NCBI GenBank assembly: GCA_963783885.1
Contig: CAWAPJ010000020.1
Span: 1 to 28,785 of the forward strand
DNA length: 28,785 nt
Reading direction: 5' to 3'
Source of the DNA: Waddliaceae bacterium
GTDB lineage: Bacteria > Chlamydiota > Chlamydiia > Chlamydiales > SLFE01
The notes beneath the pieces were generated by a model. That model worked only from the letters and a program-made list of their open reading frames with translations. It searched no databases and was not told the DNA's origin. A program made the position numbers and the translations under genes. Every line of letters begins with the position of its first letter. The stretch's first letter is position 1. Below are positions 7,845 through 20,229 of this stretch, in pieces.

Positions 7845-8512
7845 GAGCCGCATTTTACGGGCTATCGGATATCACGGCAAAAACTGCTGAATTATTGATT
7901 GCAGACGAGTATGAAGTTGTCGTCATTGACGATGATGAAAAAAAAATTGAAGAATATTCGGAAAAACTCGACTGCAGCTTTCTTCATGGCGAAGGGAGCA
8001 GTCCTGAAATCCTAAGAGAAGTCAACCCTGAGAATACCGATATTCTTTTTTGCCTTTCGGAAAATGATCAAAAAAATATTATTACGGCCCTTGTCGGACG
8101 ATCGCTTGGGATCGCACGCATTGTGATCCGGATCGAAGACCCCAATTTGGAAGATATCTGCCTGGAGCTTGGGCTCGAAGATGTCATTATTCCCTCATCG
8201 ACAGTCAGCCGCTATTTAAGAGATATGGTGGCAGGAGTGGGGATTACCGAGATGTCTACAGCTATCAAAGACGACGCCCGCCTTTTTGCCTTTGTCGCCG
8301 GTTCCAAGGAGGCTATCACCAGCGCGGATCTCAACCTGCCGGCGGGGGCAAGCGTGATTTGCTATTATCGCGACGGGAAATTCGCCTTAGTAGAAGATGG
8401 GACTAAATTTCGTGAAAAAGATGAAATCATCCTTCTCACTCATAGCAAGAATCTTCCTCAGCTGAAGGAAAGGTGGCGGGGTGAGGATATTGTGGATTTA
8501 ACGGGGAAATGA
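7841..8512 (+). CDS. trkA: TrkA/KtrA-like RCK regulatory subunit (223 aa)
   Basis: ATG 7841 overlaps the trkH stop (ATGA) and follows a GGGGAG RBS. RCK_N features (VVVID.D, HGEGSSP..L, D.KNI..AL) plus a C-terminal RCK_C-like region. Confidence 0.85.
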   Translation: MRAAFYGLSDITAKTAELLIADEYEVVVIDDDEKKIEEYSEKLDCSFLHGEGSSPEILREVNPENTDILFCLSENDQKNIITALVGRSLGIARIVIRIEDPNLEDICLELGLEDVIIPSSTVSRYLRDMVAGVGITEMSTAIKDDARLFAFVAGSKEAITSADLNLPAGASVICYYRDGKFALVEDGTKFREKDEIILLTHSKNLPQLKERWRGEDIVDLTGK

Positions 8513-8528
8513 TATAATTTCCCTGTTA
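8490..8528 (+). promoter_or_regulatory. Putative mtaB promoter overlapped by a 30-bp near-perfect palindrome
   Basis: TTGTGG (8490-8495)-17 nt-TATAAT (8513-8518) with TGn; palindrome TAACGGGGAAATGATATAATTTCCCTGTTA (8499-8528). Confidence 0.55.
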
Positions 8529-8529
8529 T

Positions 8530-9795
8530 ATGCCTTCCGATAAAAAGAAAAAATTTAAAACTGTTGCCCTGGGGTGCCGGACCAACCAGTATGAGGCCCA
8601 AGCCTTTACCGACCAGCTTCTTGCAATGGGATTGACCCCGGCAGAAGGGGAGGAAGAGGCCGATATTTGCGTGGTGAACACCTGTACTGTCACAGCTTCG
8701 GCCGATAGCAGCAGCCGCCATGAAATCAGGCAGCTTGCCAGGCGCCATCCCAATGCTAAAATCTATGTTACCGGCTGCTATGCTGAGAGGGATCCCGAGG
8801 CGGTTAGAGCCATCGAGGGAGTCGCCAGGGTTGTTCCGAATAAGGAAAAAGAATTGTTGATCCAAGAGCTCTTCCAGGGTGAAGAGGTTCCCGAGTTTTC
8901 CATTAAAAATTTTGACGCCCATACCCGCGCATTTGTCAAAGTCCAAGACGGCTGCAACTCTTTTTGCACTTATTGCATTATCCCTTATGTCCGAGGCCGG
9001 TCCCATTCCAGGCCGGTCGATGAGATTCTGAAAGAGGTCGAAGAGCTTGTTGCCTCGGGCTTTCGGGAAATTGTTTTGACCGGCATCAATATCGGGGATT
9101 TTGACGGAGGGGGCGGCAGCAACCTTGCCGAGCTTGTTCGTCTTGTCGACCAAATCGACGGCGTGGAAAGGCTGCGCATCTCCTCGATCGACCCCGATGA
9201 AGTTGACGATGACCTTTTGGATGCTGTCATCAATGGAAACAAGACTTGCCACTCAATGCATATCGTTTTGCAGTCAGGGTCGAATGTTGTCCTGAAACGG
9301 ATGAACCGCAAATATACTAGGCAGATGTTTATGGAGTCGATCGAAAGACTCAAGGAGGCCAGTCCCAGGTTCACCTTCACGACTGACATTATTGTGGGCT
9401 TCCCGGGAGAAACGGAAAGAGATTTTCAGGAAACACTGGAGGTGATGGAAGAGGTGAAGTTTGCAAAAGTGCATATGTTTCCCTATAGCGACCGGCCCAG
9501 AACACGGGCGAATTTGTACCCCAATAAAATTCCTCCCGATATAATCAATGAACGAAAGCAGATTTTACTTCGCAAGTCGGAAAAAATCGCCTATGATCTT
9601 AGGAATATGTATGTCGGAGACACTTTTTCAATTTTGACAGAGACGCGCGATACGCCCCATGAGATCAGGGGGCATACGGATAACTTTTTGGAAGTTAGCA
9701 TTCCTTCCAAAGATTTAATGCCGAACGAGCTGGTGCAAGTGCAGCTGATTGAAAATACCCCCACCGGTCTTATAGGAAAGAGGTGCTTCCCATGA
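8530..9795 (+). CDS. mtaB: tRNA ms2t6A37 methylthiotransferase MtaB (YqeV), radical SAM
   Basis: UPF0004 domain (LGCRTNQYE, NTCTVT, VTGCYA), radical SAM KVQDGCNSFCTYCIIP, IVGFPGET; HMFPYS.RP.T and LRISSI favour MtaB over MiaB; C-terminal TRAM-like region. Confidence 0.92.
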   Translation: MPSDKKKKFKTVALGCRTNQYEAQAFTDQLLAMGLTPAEGEEEADICVVNTCTVTASADSSSRHEIRQLARRHPNAKIYVTGCYAERDPEAVRAIEGVARVVPNKEKELLIQELFQGEEVPEFSIKNFDAHTRAFVKVQDGCNSFCTYCIIPYVRGRSHSRPVDEILKEVEELVASGFREIVLTGINIGDFDGGGGSNLAELVRLVDQIDGVERLRISSIDPDEVDDDLLDAVINGNKTCHSMHIVLQSGSNVVLKRMNRKYTRQMFMESIERLKEASPRFTFTTDIIVGFPGETERDFQETLEVMEEVKFAKVHMFPYSDRPRTRANLYPNKIPPDIINERKQILLRKSEKIAYDLRNMYVGDTFSILTETRDTPHEIRGHTDNFLEVSIPSKDLMPNELVQVQLIENTPTGLIGKRCFP

Positions 9796-10852
9796 CCATT
9801 AGGATCGCAAGGCAGCTCAGGCCCTTAACGCACCTTCCCGGAAAAAAAATTCCTCTTCCGGGAACAACTCTGGCTTTAGAGGCTTATCCCGCCCGTCTTT
9901 GTTTTTATGACTTATCCCGTGCAGAGCCCGAAAAAAAATGGGATATGGCTCTCGATATTCACGGACCAGTGAGTGAGTTCACTGTCCAGCTGGAGATAGC
10001 GAAAGGATTGATCAAAGTTTGGGGAAAGAGCCTGAAGGGATTTTACCGGGTGTATATTCATGGCTCTGAGAAGGGAGTCGGCCTTTATTTTGATAAGGTT
10101 CCGGAAAAAAGCCTTGTTTTAAACGTCTCGGGAGAGCCTGAACACCTAGTCCACGAAAAAGAGTGGTATGTCTCGACTTCTGCCGGAAGCCTTACCCCTT
10201 TTGTTCCTTTGCCCCTTGAACGTCTCTCTCTGGGCAGCCACAAGTCTCAGGATTGGGAAGGGGTTTGCCGTCGGGCTGACCTTGTTGAAATTCTTCCTTT
10301 CTGGTATCAGTTAGGTCAAGTTTTACCAATCTGTCCCATAAAAAGAAATGAGGGAACTTTGAGCCTTTTAAACGAATGCGGAGATTACCGGCAGTTTCAT
10401 CGCCTTTTCCTGGCAGGTTTCGAAGGAGTGATGTGTCCCCGGCTTCTCGACAAGGATTGTCAGGGGCTTTCCCTTCCCGATGTGGTCGATAAGGATCAAT
10501 CTCCTTTGCCGATTCTCACTGGGGGGTGGCGCTTGATCAGGCAGTTGTTTTTTACCGAAAATGAGGGTAGAATCACCCTCCTTCCGAATCTTCCCAAAGA
10601 ATTCCCTTCGGGCCGGCTGGTCGGACTTAAGCTGCCTGACGGATCGACGCTGAATCTTGAATGGACAAAAAAGAAGCTCAGAAGGCTATCCATTCAGGCA
10701 GAGTCTGATGGAGCAAAACAGATTGCATTTCCAAAAGAGCTTAAAAGTTTCCGCTTGAAGACGAAAAAATTTGAAAAGGGCAAGCGAATGAACTGCGGCG
10801 AGTCCATTGCTTTTGAAAAGGGGACGGTTATTTATTTGGATAATTTTACAAA

Positions 10853-10856
<4 letters not shown>
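9792..10856 (+). CDS. Conserved chlamydial-type hypothetical protein (CT865-like) with GH95/GH65-like C-terminal beta-sandwich
   Basis: ATG 9792 overlaps the mtaB stop, and its own stop overlaps the glgB start. The C-terminal ITLLPNLP.EFPSG...GL......LNLEW resembles the C-terminal domain of GH95-type hydrolases. The position before glgB matches recalled chlamydial synteny. Confidence 0.7.
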
Positions 10857-14709
<3,853 letters not shown>

Positions 14710-14770
14710 TTTCCTATTGCGCAATAATTGACAATGATTTAAAAAACATGACAAAACCAATAAGGTTATC

Positions 14771-15109
14771 ATGAGTGTAGACAATTCTCTTCGCACGAGG
14801 TCGGTGCCATACCAACGAAAACCTGCTGCTGCAAAACCATTTCTTCTAATGAAGACTGCGCTTGTTGCAAATGCCATTTTTTTATGCTATGCACTATATC
14901 ATCTTTATCATGGGAATTATGGATATTCTATTCTTTTTTTAGGCCTGGCTGAACTGTCCGGAGAAGCAGCCGTTACAGCCCGAAATTATTTGAATAATCC
15001 CGGCATTAGTGTTGAGGAGGCTGCTAAATCGACCTTTGTTTTGCTAAGGGCTCACAAAATAACTGAAAAAATAGGGAGTCTTTTTGCAAGTCAATACAAT
15101 ATCATTTAA
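14771..15109 (+). CDS. Hypothetical small membrane protein
   Basis: 112 aa, ATG start, two adjacent hydrophobic stretches; no recognised family. Confidence 0.55.
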   Translation: MSVDNSLRTRSVPYQRKPAAAKPFLLMKTALVANAIFLCYALYHLYHGNYGYSILFLGLAELSGEAAVTARNYLNNPGISVEEAAKSTFVLLRAHKITEKIGSLFASQYNII

Positions 15110-15794
15110 CCAAGCCAATCCGGGTCAAGCTCCCTGCGGATACAGAATTGATCGTGAGTGGCAGTTAAATTTTATCAAATGCAATTCCAAATGCCCCAGT
15201 TGCCTTAAAACTCTTTCGCAAGAGGATATTCAACCCCTTTCCAAGCGAAAAGTTTCCCGACTCAATGAACTAGTAAAGTTCTTTTCAAAAAGAGGTTCTT
15301 TGGAATATTGCGGCACCGCTCAAGCTTTGGCATTAGGCTATTCTTTTTGCAGGTTTTTGTGTTCCAATTGTACCGATCCGATTCCTATAAATTGTCTTGA
15401 CGGCAGGTTATTGGCTAAAAGCAGCATCCTTATGTGCACCTGGTTTTGTGTTGCTGCGGGTTTTTCGATGCCGAGATATTTTCAGTCGCACCAGCAGATC
15501 TCTAGCAACACCAGGCACTTAACCAATCTTGGGACAATCGCCACAACATTTGCCAATCAGCATTGCCTTTTTGAAACCATGCAGGAGAGTCATACTCTCA
15601 CGCCAATGGTTCTTTTTGATCTGGGAGTCATTTCAGGATGTCTCGGTCTTTTTTCGCATATAAGGGATATTTTACGTCATGGCAATGAAAACGACTTCAG
15701 CCAACTGGTTCATTGTTTTTTTGGTTTTATATTTAATGCAGCTTTAATTGTTATGATCAATCAACTCTTTTGGGACCACTCCAACAATTTCTAG
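15084..15794 (+). CDS. Hypothetical membrane protein with degenerate N-terminal U-box/RING-like motif
   Basis: TTG start 5 nt after GGGAG. TIS....NP...PCGY.IDRE...F...NSKCPSC..TLSQEDIQP resembles U-box/RING spacing; several hydrophobic segments follow. Confidence 0.55.
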   Translation: MQVNTISFNQANPGQAPCGYRIDREWQLNFIKCNSKCPSCLKTLSQEDIQPLSKRKVSRLNELVKFFSKRGSLEYCGTAQALALGYSFCRFLCSNCTDPIPINCLDGRLLAKSSILMCTWFCVAAGFSMPRYFQSHQQISSNTRHLTNLGTIATTFANQHCLFETMQESHTLTPMVLFDLGVISGCLGLFSHIRDILRHGNENDFSQLVHCFFGFIFNAALIVMINQLFWDHSNNF

Positions 15795-17503
15795 CGAAGG
15801 TCGAGAAAATCGGGAAAGCTAGGATCATCGCCGGGCATTGTGTAGATATAGTTGATGAGTTCGATATTAAAGTGGGTGTAAAGGGCCCATTTGCCTGCGT
15901 CGATCACGGCCAGCCTCTGGTCGTAGTTGATAGATATTTTGACCAGTTGGACAGCCTCTTCGTATTCTTTCAAAATGATCTGCTGCTCATAATCGAGCGT
16001 TTCCTTAGCTTCTTGCACGCCGGCGAGTAGATCCGGGTCGGACAGAAGCATTTCGTAAGTTTTATTGGCTTCATCAATGTATTCTTCCAGTACTTCTTCG
16101 GAGATCAGATGGCTCTCGAAATCTTTCCAGAGCTCAGTAATGACATCAGCCCATTCTTCTGTGATTTGACGCATCAGGATAACGGCGGGATGGGATTCGT
16201 AGTTTTGTCTTGCCAGGTCCAATTGCCGGTCTCTTAGGCTCTGATGGGTTGACAGGTACTTGTTCAGTTCTTCATTGAGAGTTTTTCTAGCCTTTTTGAC
16301 ATCGTTTCTTTGGAGAATGAAAGTCTGTTTGATTTCCGAAAGGATGTCTTGTTCTGCCGGATAGAGCATCGGGACGAATATCTTGTCGTCAATTCGGTAA
16401 ATATCGGCAAGGTCTGCGATGACGAATTGATGGTAAGCATTGGGGTGGGGATCAGCTGCTGCAGAATTTTCCCAAATAAAAAGGCCGCGGCGCTCAAAGG
16501 GGGTCAAAGTGCGGCCGGCCCGTTTTTTCAGATAAGAATAGCGAAACCCTTTTTGAAGGTCTTCATGTCTTTTTTCTTCGAGGACGACCGGATCTTTTAG
16601 ATAGGGGTCGGCGTAAAAATAAACCGCTCCTCCCAGAGGAAGAAACCCGAGAGCGATTAAAGGGGGAAAGAAGCTGCCAGCAAAGAAACACCCGGCCGCA
16701 ATAACCCCACAGACAATTGAAACTAAGGTTCCCCACCAACGCGTTTGCGCCCATGAAGGGTTGTTCATTTTGATCTTTCCGTCGATAACAACAGTTTTTT
16801 CTTTAGCCTTTTGGGATTGTTTGACAGCTTTAGAGGGAGCCGGGCGCCTGCTAAGGGGGCCGAAAATATCCAGGACGGTCTCTTCAACCTCTAATTCATT
16901 CAAAGGGCTTGTGAGCATAAGCTTCATCAGATGAGGGGAGTAGTGAGCGTGGAAGAATTCAATCATCTGATTTTGCGTGAAAGAAAAAAGCAGCTGCATA
17001 AAAGTCAGGATCTGATCGCGTACATCGTTTGGCGTTTGTGATAGCAGCATTTCCAGCAGGTCCTCTCGTGCCAGTTCAAGAGCATTTCCGGAAAGTGTGG
17101 GGTGGTGGGATATCTGCTTCACAAAGGTAAGCATTTTTTGAAGATATTGCTCCTTATCGCGCGGCACCTGGAAGGTAAAGGCCGTCATGTCCGGACCGAC
17201 CTGAATATGGGCCCAAGGGGAGATGTCTTGACGGCATTCATGGAGAAGAGACTGGATCTCGCCCCTGCTCAAAAGTTCGGTTTCTTGAAGCAGGGCAAAG
17301 GCTAGCAGTTGACTCAGTCCTTGCTGAATTTCGTTTTCTGAGGAGAAGCCTACGTTGATATTCAATTGGATAGTGGTAGCATCAGTATCTTCCTGAAGAA
17401 TTGTATAGGTCAGTCCGCTCTCCACTTCTCCTGTAAGGGCACAGTGGCCATTCCAAGCCAGGCCCAGTGTCAAGAGAAAAAGCATTCCCTTAAGCAGGTT
17501 CAT
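15791..17503 (-). CDS. Signal-peptide protein with inactive M16 (insulinase)-like domain, hydrophobic hairpin and helical/coiled-coil C-terminus
   Basis: Start placed at ATG 17503 after a GGAGGTG RBS. Signal peptide MNLLKGMLFLLTLGLAWNGHCA; SGLTY.I...IQL.INVG.S.E...QQGLSQLL aligns to the M16 N-terminus, with HxxEH replaced by QLLAF. Confidence 0.75.
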   Translation of the reverse strand: MNLLKGMLFLLTLGLAWNGHCALTGEVESGLTYTILQEDTDATTIQLNINVGFSSENEIQQGLSQLLAFALLQETELLSRGEIQSLLHECRQDISPWAHIQVGPDMTAFTFQVPRDKEQYLQKMLTFVKQISHHPTLSGNALELAREDLLEMLLSQTPNDVRDQILTFMQLLFSFTQNQMIEFFHAHYSPHLMKLMLTSPLNELEVEETVLDIFGPLSRRPAPSKAVKQSQKAKEKTVVIDGKIKMNNPSWAQTRWWGTLVSIVCGVIAAGCFFAGSFFPPLIALGFLPLGGAVYFYADPYLKDPVVLEEKRHEDLQKGFRYSYLKKRAGRTLTPFERRGLFIWENSAAADPHPNAYHQFVIADLADIYRIDDKIFVPMLYPAEQDILSEIKQTFILQRNDVKKARKTLNEELNKYLSTHQSLRDRQLDLARQNYESHPAVILMRQITEEWADVITELWKDFESHLISEEVLEEYIDEANKTYEMLLSDPDLLAGVQEAKETLDYEQQIILKEYEEAVQLVKISINYDQRLAVIDAGKWALYTHFNIELINYIYTMPGDDPSFPDFLDLR

Positions 17504-17601
17504 AAACCTCACCTCCATTTGTTAAAAAGCAATATAGAAAGGGAGGTGTTAAAAGTAAATGAAAATGATTGACTTATAATTGGAAATGTAACATTTATGG
17601 T

Positions 17602-17835
17602 ATGATGAAAAAACTTCAAGAGATTCTAGATATTCCCTCGTTTCTAGTGGCAATTTCCACGCTGCTGTTGTTTATTTTTGCACTGTTTACTAAAAAGATC
17701 CTTCACGATGTTTTGCTTGAAGCGGCTATTTTTCTTATCTCCCTCAAGCTAATCATCAGCTCATACAAACAAAACGTCTCGTCAAAACAAGTAGAAAAAA
17801 TGCTTAAAGACATTCAGGATAGGCTTGATAGCTAA
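17602..17835 (+). CDS. Small two-helix membrane protein, hypothetical
   Basis: 77 aa from ATG 17602 (or 17605); two hydrophobic helices separated by KKILHD, then a short amphipathic tail. Confidence 0.65.
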   Translation: MMKKLQEILDIPSFLVAISTLLLFIFALFTKKILHDVLLEAAIFLISLKLIISSYKQNVSSKQVEKMLKDIQDRLDS

Positions 17836-18716
17836 CCGTAAATTGCACAAACCTTTTCAAATAGCCCTTGGTCCTCAATATGGCTCTTTAGTTGAGAAGG
17901 GATCAAGTATTTGTAGTTAAAGTTAACCTTTTTTTCTTCTAAACCGGCAGCAATCCGATCTCCTGCCTCTTGATCTCGGGCCATTTCTTTAGACCACTTC
18001 GACACGTCTTTATGTCTTTTCTTTTGGGATAAATTTTGTGGAACTTCCAGGTCTGGGTAAATATCGACAGACACAACCCGCTGAAATAAGTAGCCGACAA
18101 AACTCGAGCAGAAAAACTGTCTAACTTTGGATCCTCCAATTGCGTATCCCTTGTCTTTTCTTTCGTCATAGATTGCTTTGAATGCTCTTTTTTTTCCTCC
18201 TTTGGAGAGTCTGAAATCCTTTTTGATCATGCCTTTTAAGGCAATCCTGAAGGAAAATGTGTTCATCATGTCTTTTTCTTTTTCATGTTCATCTGTTTTA
18301 AGATCGCCGCAGGGTTGGGTAATTTTTTCAGCGATTTCAGCGGATTTTAACGCAACATTTTCAAAATTCGCTGTCGGCCGGTAAACTTCATAGTGATATT
18401 TATCATTCTTATAGAGAGTATAGGAGTTGTGTTTAAGAAAATTGATTCTCCTCAATTGAGCTCCTTTTGCAGGCATCGCTTCGGCGATTTCAACTTTGCC
18501 GCCTTCGACTTTGGTTACCAATGCAACATGGACAAAACGCGAATTATCCAAAGGAGCTAACTTTCCCGTAAAGAGACGGTTGATCTTTTGCAGAAGGAAA
18601 ATAAACGTATCGTGGCGTTGAAAGCCTCTATCCAATCTGGTAAAAATTAGATCCCCTTTTTGTATTTTGGAGGGATTCTGTTGTAAATCGGAATACTTAA
18701 GGTTTGTAATGCACAT
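17832..18716 (-). CDS. Permuted papain-like NlpC/P60 (YiiX/YebB-like) cysteine hydrolase
   Basis: GDLIF, FVHVALV (His), IAEA, Y.VYRP and distal FFCSSFV (Cys) give the His-before-Cys order of permuted NlpC/P60 enzymes. AAGGGA RBS; no signal peptide. Confidence 0.75.
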   Translation of the reverse strand: MCITNLKYSDLQQNPSKIQKGDLIFTRLDRGFQRHDTFIFLLQKINRLFTGKLAPLDNSRFVHVALVTKVEGGKVEIAEAMPAKGAQLRRINFLKHNSYTLYKNDKYHYEVYRPTANFENVALKSAEIAEKITQPCGDLKTDEHEKEKDMMNTFSFRIALKGMIKKDFRLSKGGKKRAFKAIYDERKDKGYAIGGSKVRQFFCSSFVGYLFQRVVSVDIYPDLEVPQNLSQKKRHKDVSKWSKEMARDQEAGDRIAAGLEEKKVNFNYKYLIPSQLKSHIEDQGLFEKVCAIYG

Positions 18717-18790
18717 AATAATTCCCTTTTTAATATTGAGTATAATTAATAAACATTAAGAGAATATAAAATAGCTTTTAAAAATATTTC

Positions 18791-20116
18791 TTATAAAGAA
18801 GCTTGAGCTGGTATTTTATTTTGAAGATATCGCTGATTTAAATATCTTCTTACCCCTATGGGAGGAGTCACTGTTGTGATTGTAGGATCAAAGATCTGTT
18901 TGAATGGTCGATTTAAAAATCTTTTAGAATATTCATTCTCTTTATTTTTTCTCATGCCTCCTAAGATAATCACCAAAGCGACTCTTGCAATTTGCAAAGT
19001 GACAAATGATAAGACAGATCTCGCAATGTTGGAGATTTTTCTAAAGTTTGAGCCCCGTTGAAACATTTTGTCATGCCACTTTTCAAAAGCAGGAAATAAA
19101 TAGTTGATCTGGTCGACCTGAATTTCAGACTTCTTAAATTTGAGGATGTCAAACTTTTCCAATTTTTTGATGACCCAGTCAGAACAATTTTCCTTAAAAA
19201 AGTTAAAATCATGATTCGAGGCATTTTTAAGATCTTTATTAATGCTATCGACTAACCCATTATATTTATCTTCATCTATTTGGAATCGGTGTTCTTGCAT
19301 GGTATTATTTCTGCACAGCCATTCATGTTGGTCCGGGCAGCAAAAAATTGAAGCCTCTTTGGCATAAAGAAAGGGGAATTGGATTTTTTTGGGAAACTTT
19401 CCGATGCTCATTACATTTCCTTGAGGATCAATCAGACGCATCCATGTATGTTGTCCTGACAGGGCCAGTTTATCGGTTGGACAGTCGGTCATAATGGCAG
19501 CATGATAATGTCCGTCTCCCTGTATTTTGAAAGAAGGCTTTAATTGTTGAGGGATTTCTTCTTTTGGTTCCAGGGAGAAGAAGGTTAAGTCAAAAACTAA
19601 ATTGTCATCTTGCTTTGCTTCTTCAATTAAATCGTTGACATCGTGAAAAACAATTCTTTCTCCATGAGGGCTATGAGGATATGTTCGCAGCTTGATTTTA
19701 CCTTCGGGATTAATGATTGGTTTAGAGCTTCTTGGCCCATTCCATTTTTCTAAAGTCTCAATATGTTTGTGGATGAAGTGTCGGTTGCTGGTTAAAAAGG
19801 CGAATTGTTCACCAAGTGGAAGTATTTTGCTTTCGTTGGGATTAATGGTAATTTTTTTCGCCAAGTTATAAACTTTTTGTGCTCTTGCAGGCATTTCATA
19901 TGAGCTGTCTTCTTTTTTTTTTGTGAAGGCTTTAACGACGAGAGTGGTTCGCAAATTTTCATAATCTTTTTTTAAATCGCGCCGGTCTTTTGAAGTCAGC
20001 TTATTCTTTTTCAGAGACTTGGAAATTTGATTAAGCCTTTTCTCGATATCTGAGATAGTTTCTAAATTTAATTGTTTATGACTATTCTTGGTTCCAAATA
20101 ATCTGGATATAAGCAT
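18791..20116 (-). CDS. Hypothetical Lys-rich protein with probable permuted papain-like His...Asn-Cys core and one C-terminal hydrophobic segment
   Basis: 441 aa, AAGGAG RBS. GQHTWMRL.D..G.VMSIG followed ~85 aa later by FNFFKENCSDWV, a pattern like PPPDE/LRAT/DUF4105-type folds. Confidence 0.6.
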   Translation of the reverse strand: MLISRLFGTKNSHKQLNLETISDIEKRLNQISKSLKKNKLTSKDRRDLKKDYENLRTTLVVKAFTKKKEDSSYEMPARAQKVYNLAKKITINPNESKILPLGEQFAFLTSNRHFIHKHIETLEKWNGPRSSKPIINPEGKIKLRTYPHSPHGERIVFHDVNDLIEEAKQDDNLVFDLTFFSLEPKEEIPQQLKPSFKIQGDGHYHAAIMTDCPTDKLALSGQHTWMRLIDPQGNVMSIGKFPKKIQFPFLYAKEASIFCCPDQHEWLCRNNTMQEHRFQIDEDKYNGLVDSINKDLKNASNHDFNFFKENCSDWVIKKLEKFDILKFKKSEIQVDQINYLFPAFEKWHDKMFQRGSNFRKISNIARSVLSFVTLQIARVALVIILGGMRKNKENEYSKRFLNRPFKQIFDPTITTVTPPIGVRRYLNQRYLQNKIPAQASL

Positions 20117-20229
20117 TGTAGAGTCTCCTTTATTTCAAAAATAATACAGAATTATAAAGAAAAAATAAAAGAGGGGATTTTATAAATAAATCGACTCCAG
20201 AGCTCGTAGATCCTGAACAAATATTTCCT

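Noticed and set aside
8496-8528. Possible dif/Xer site (ATTTAAC start, palindrome with 6-nt centre)
   Set aside because: Only 7 nt match the XerD arm ATTTAACATAA and the arm/spacer register does not fit; kept only as an unexplained palindrome.
8458-9252. 264-aa minus-strand ORF, and similar antisense ORFs over glgB, ligA (14119..14877), carB, pyrC and pyrD
   Set aside because: Antisense shadows of well-supported genes with no recognisable domains.
14715-14726. Perfect 12-bp palindrome TATTGCGCAATA after ligA
   Set aside because: No loop or U-tract for a terminator and no second copy seen; too short to call an operator.
17510-17548. CACCTCC / GGAGGTG inverted repeat that could sequester the RBS of the M16-like gene
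   Set aside because: The anti-SD arm lies within the spacer of a plausible minus-strand promoter (TTTACT 17559-17554, 17 nt, TATATT 17536-17531), so it is probably not transcribed; it cannot be supported without TSS data.
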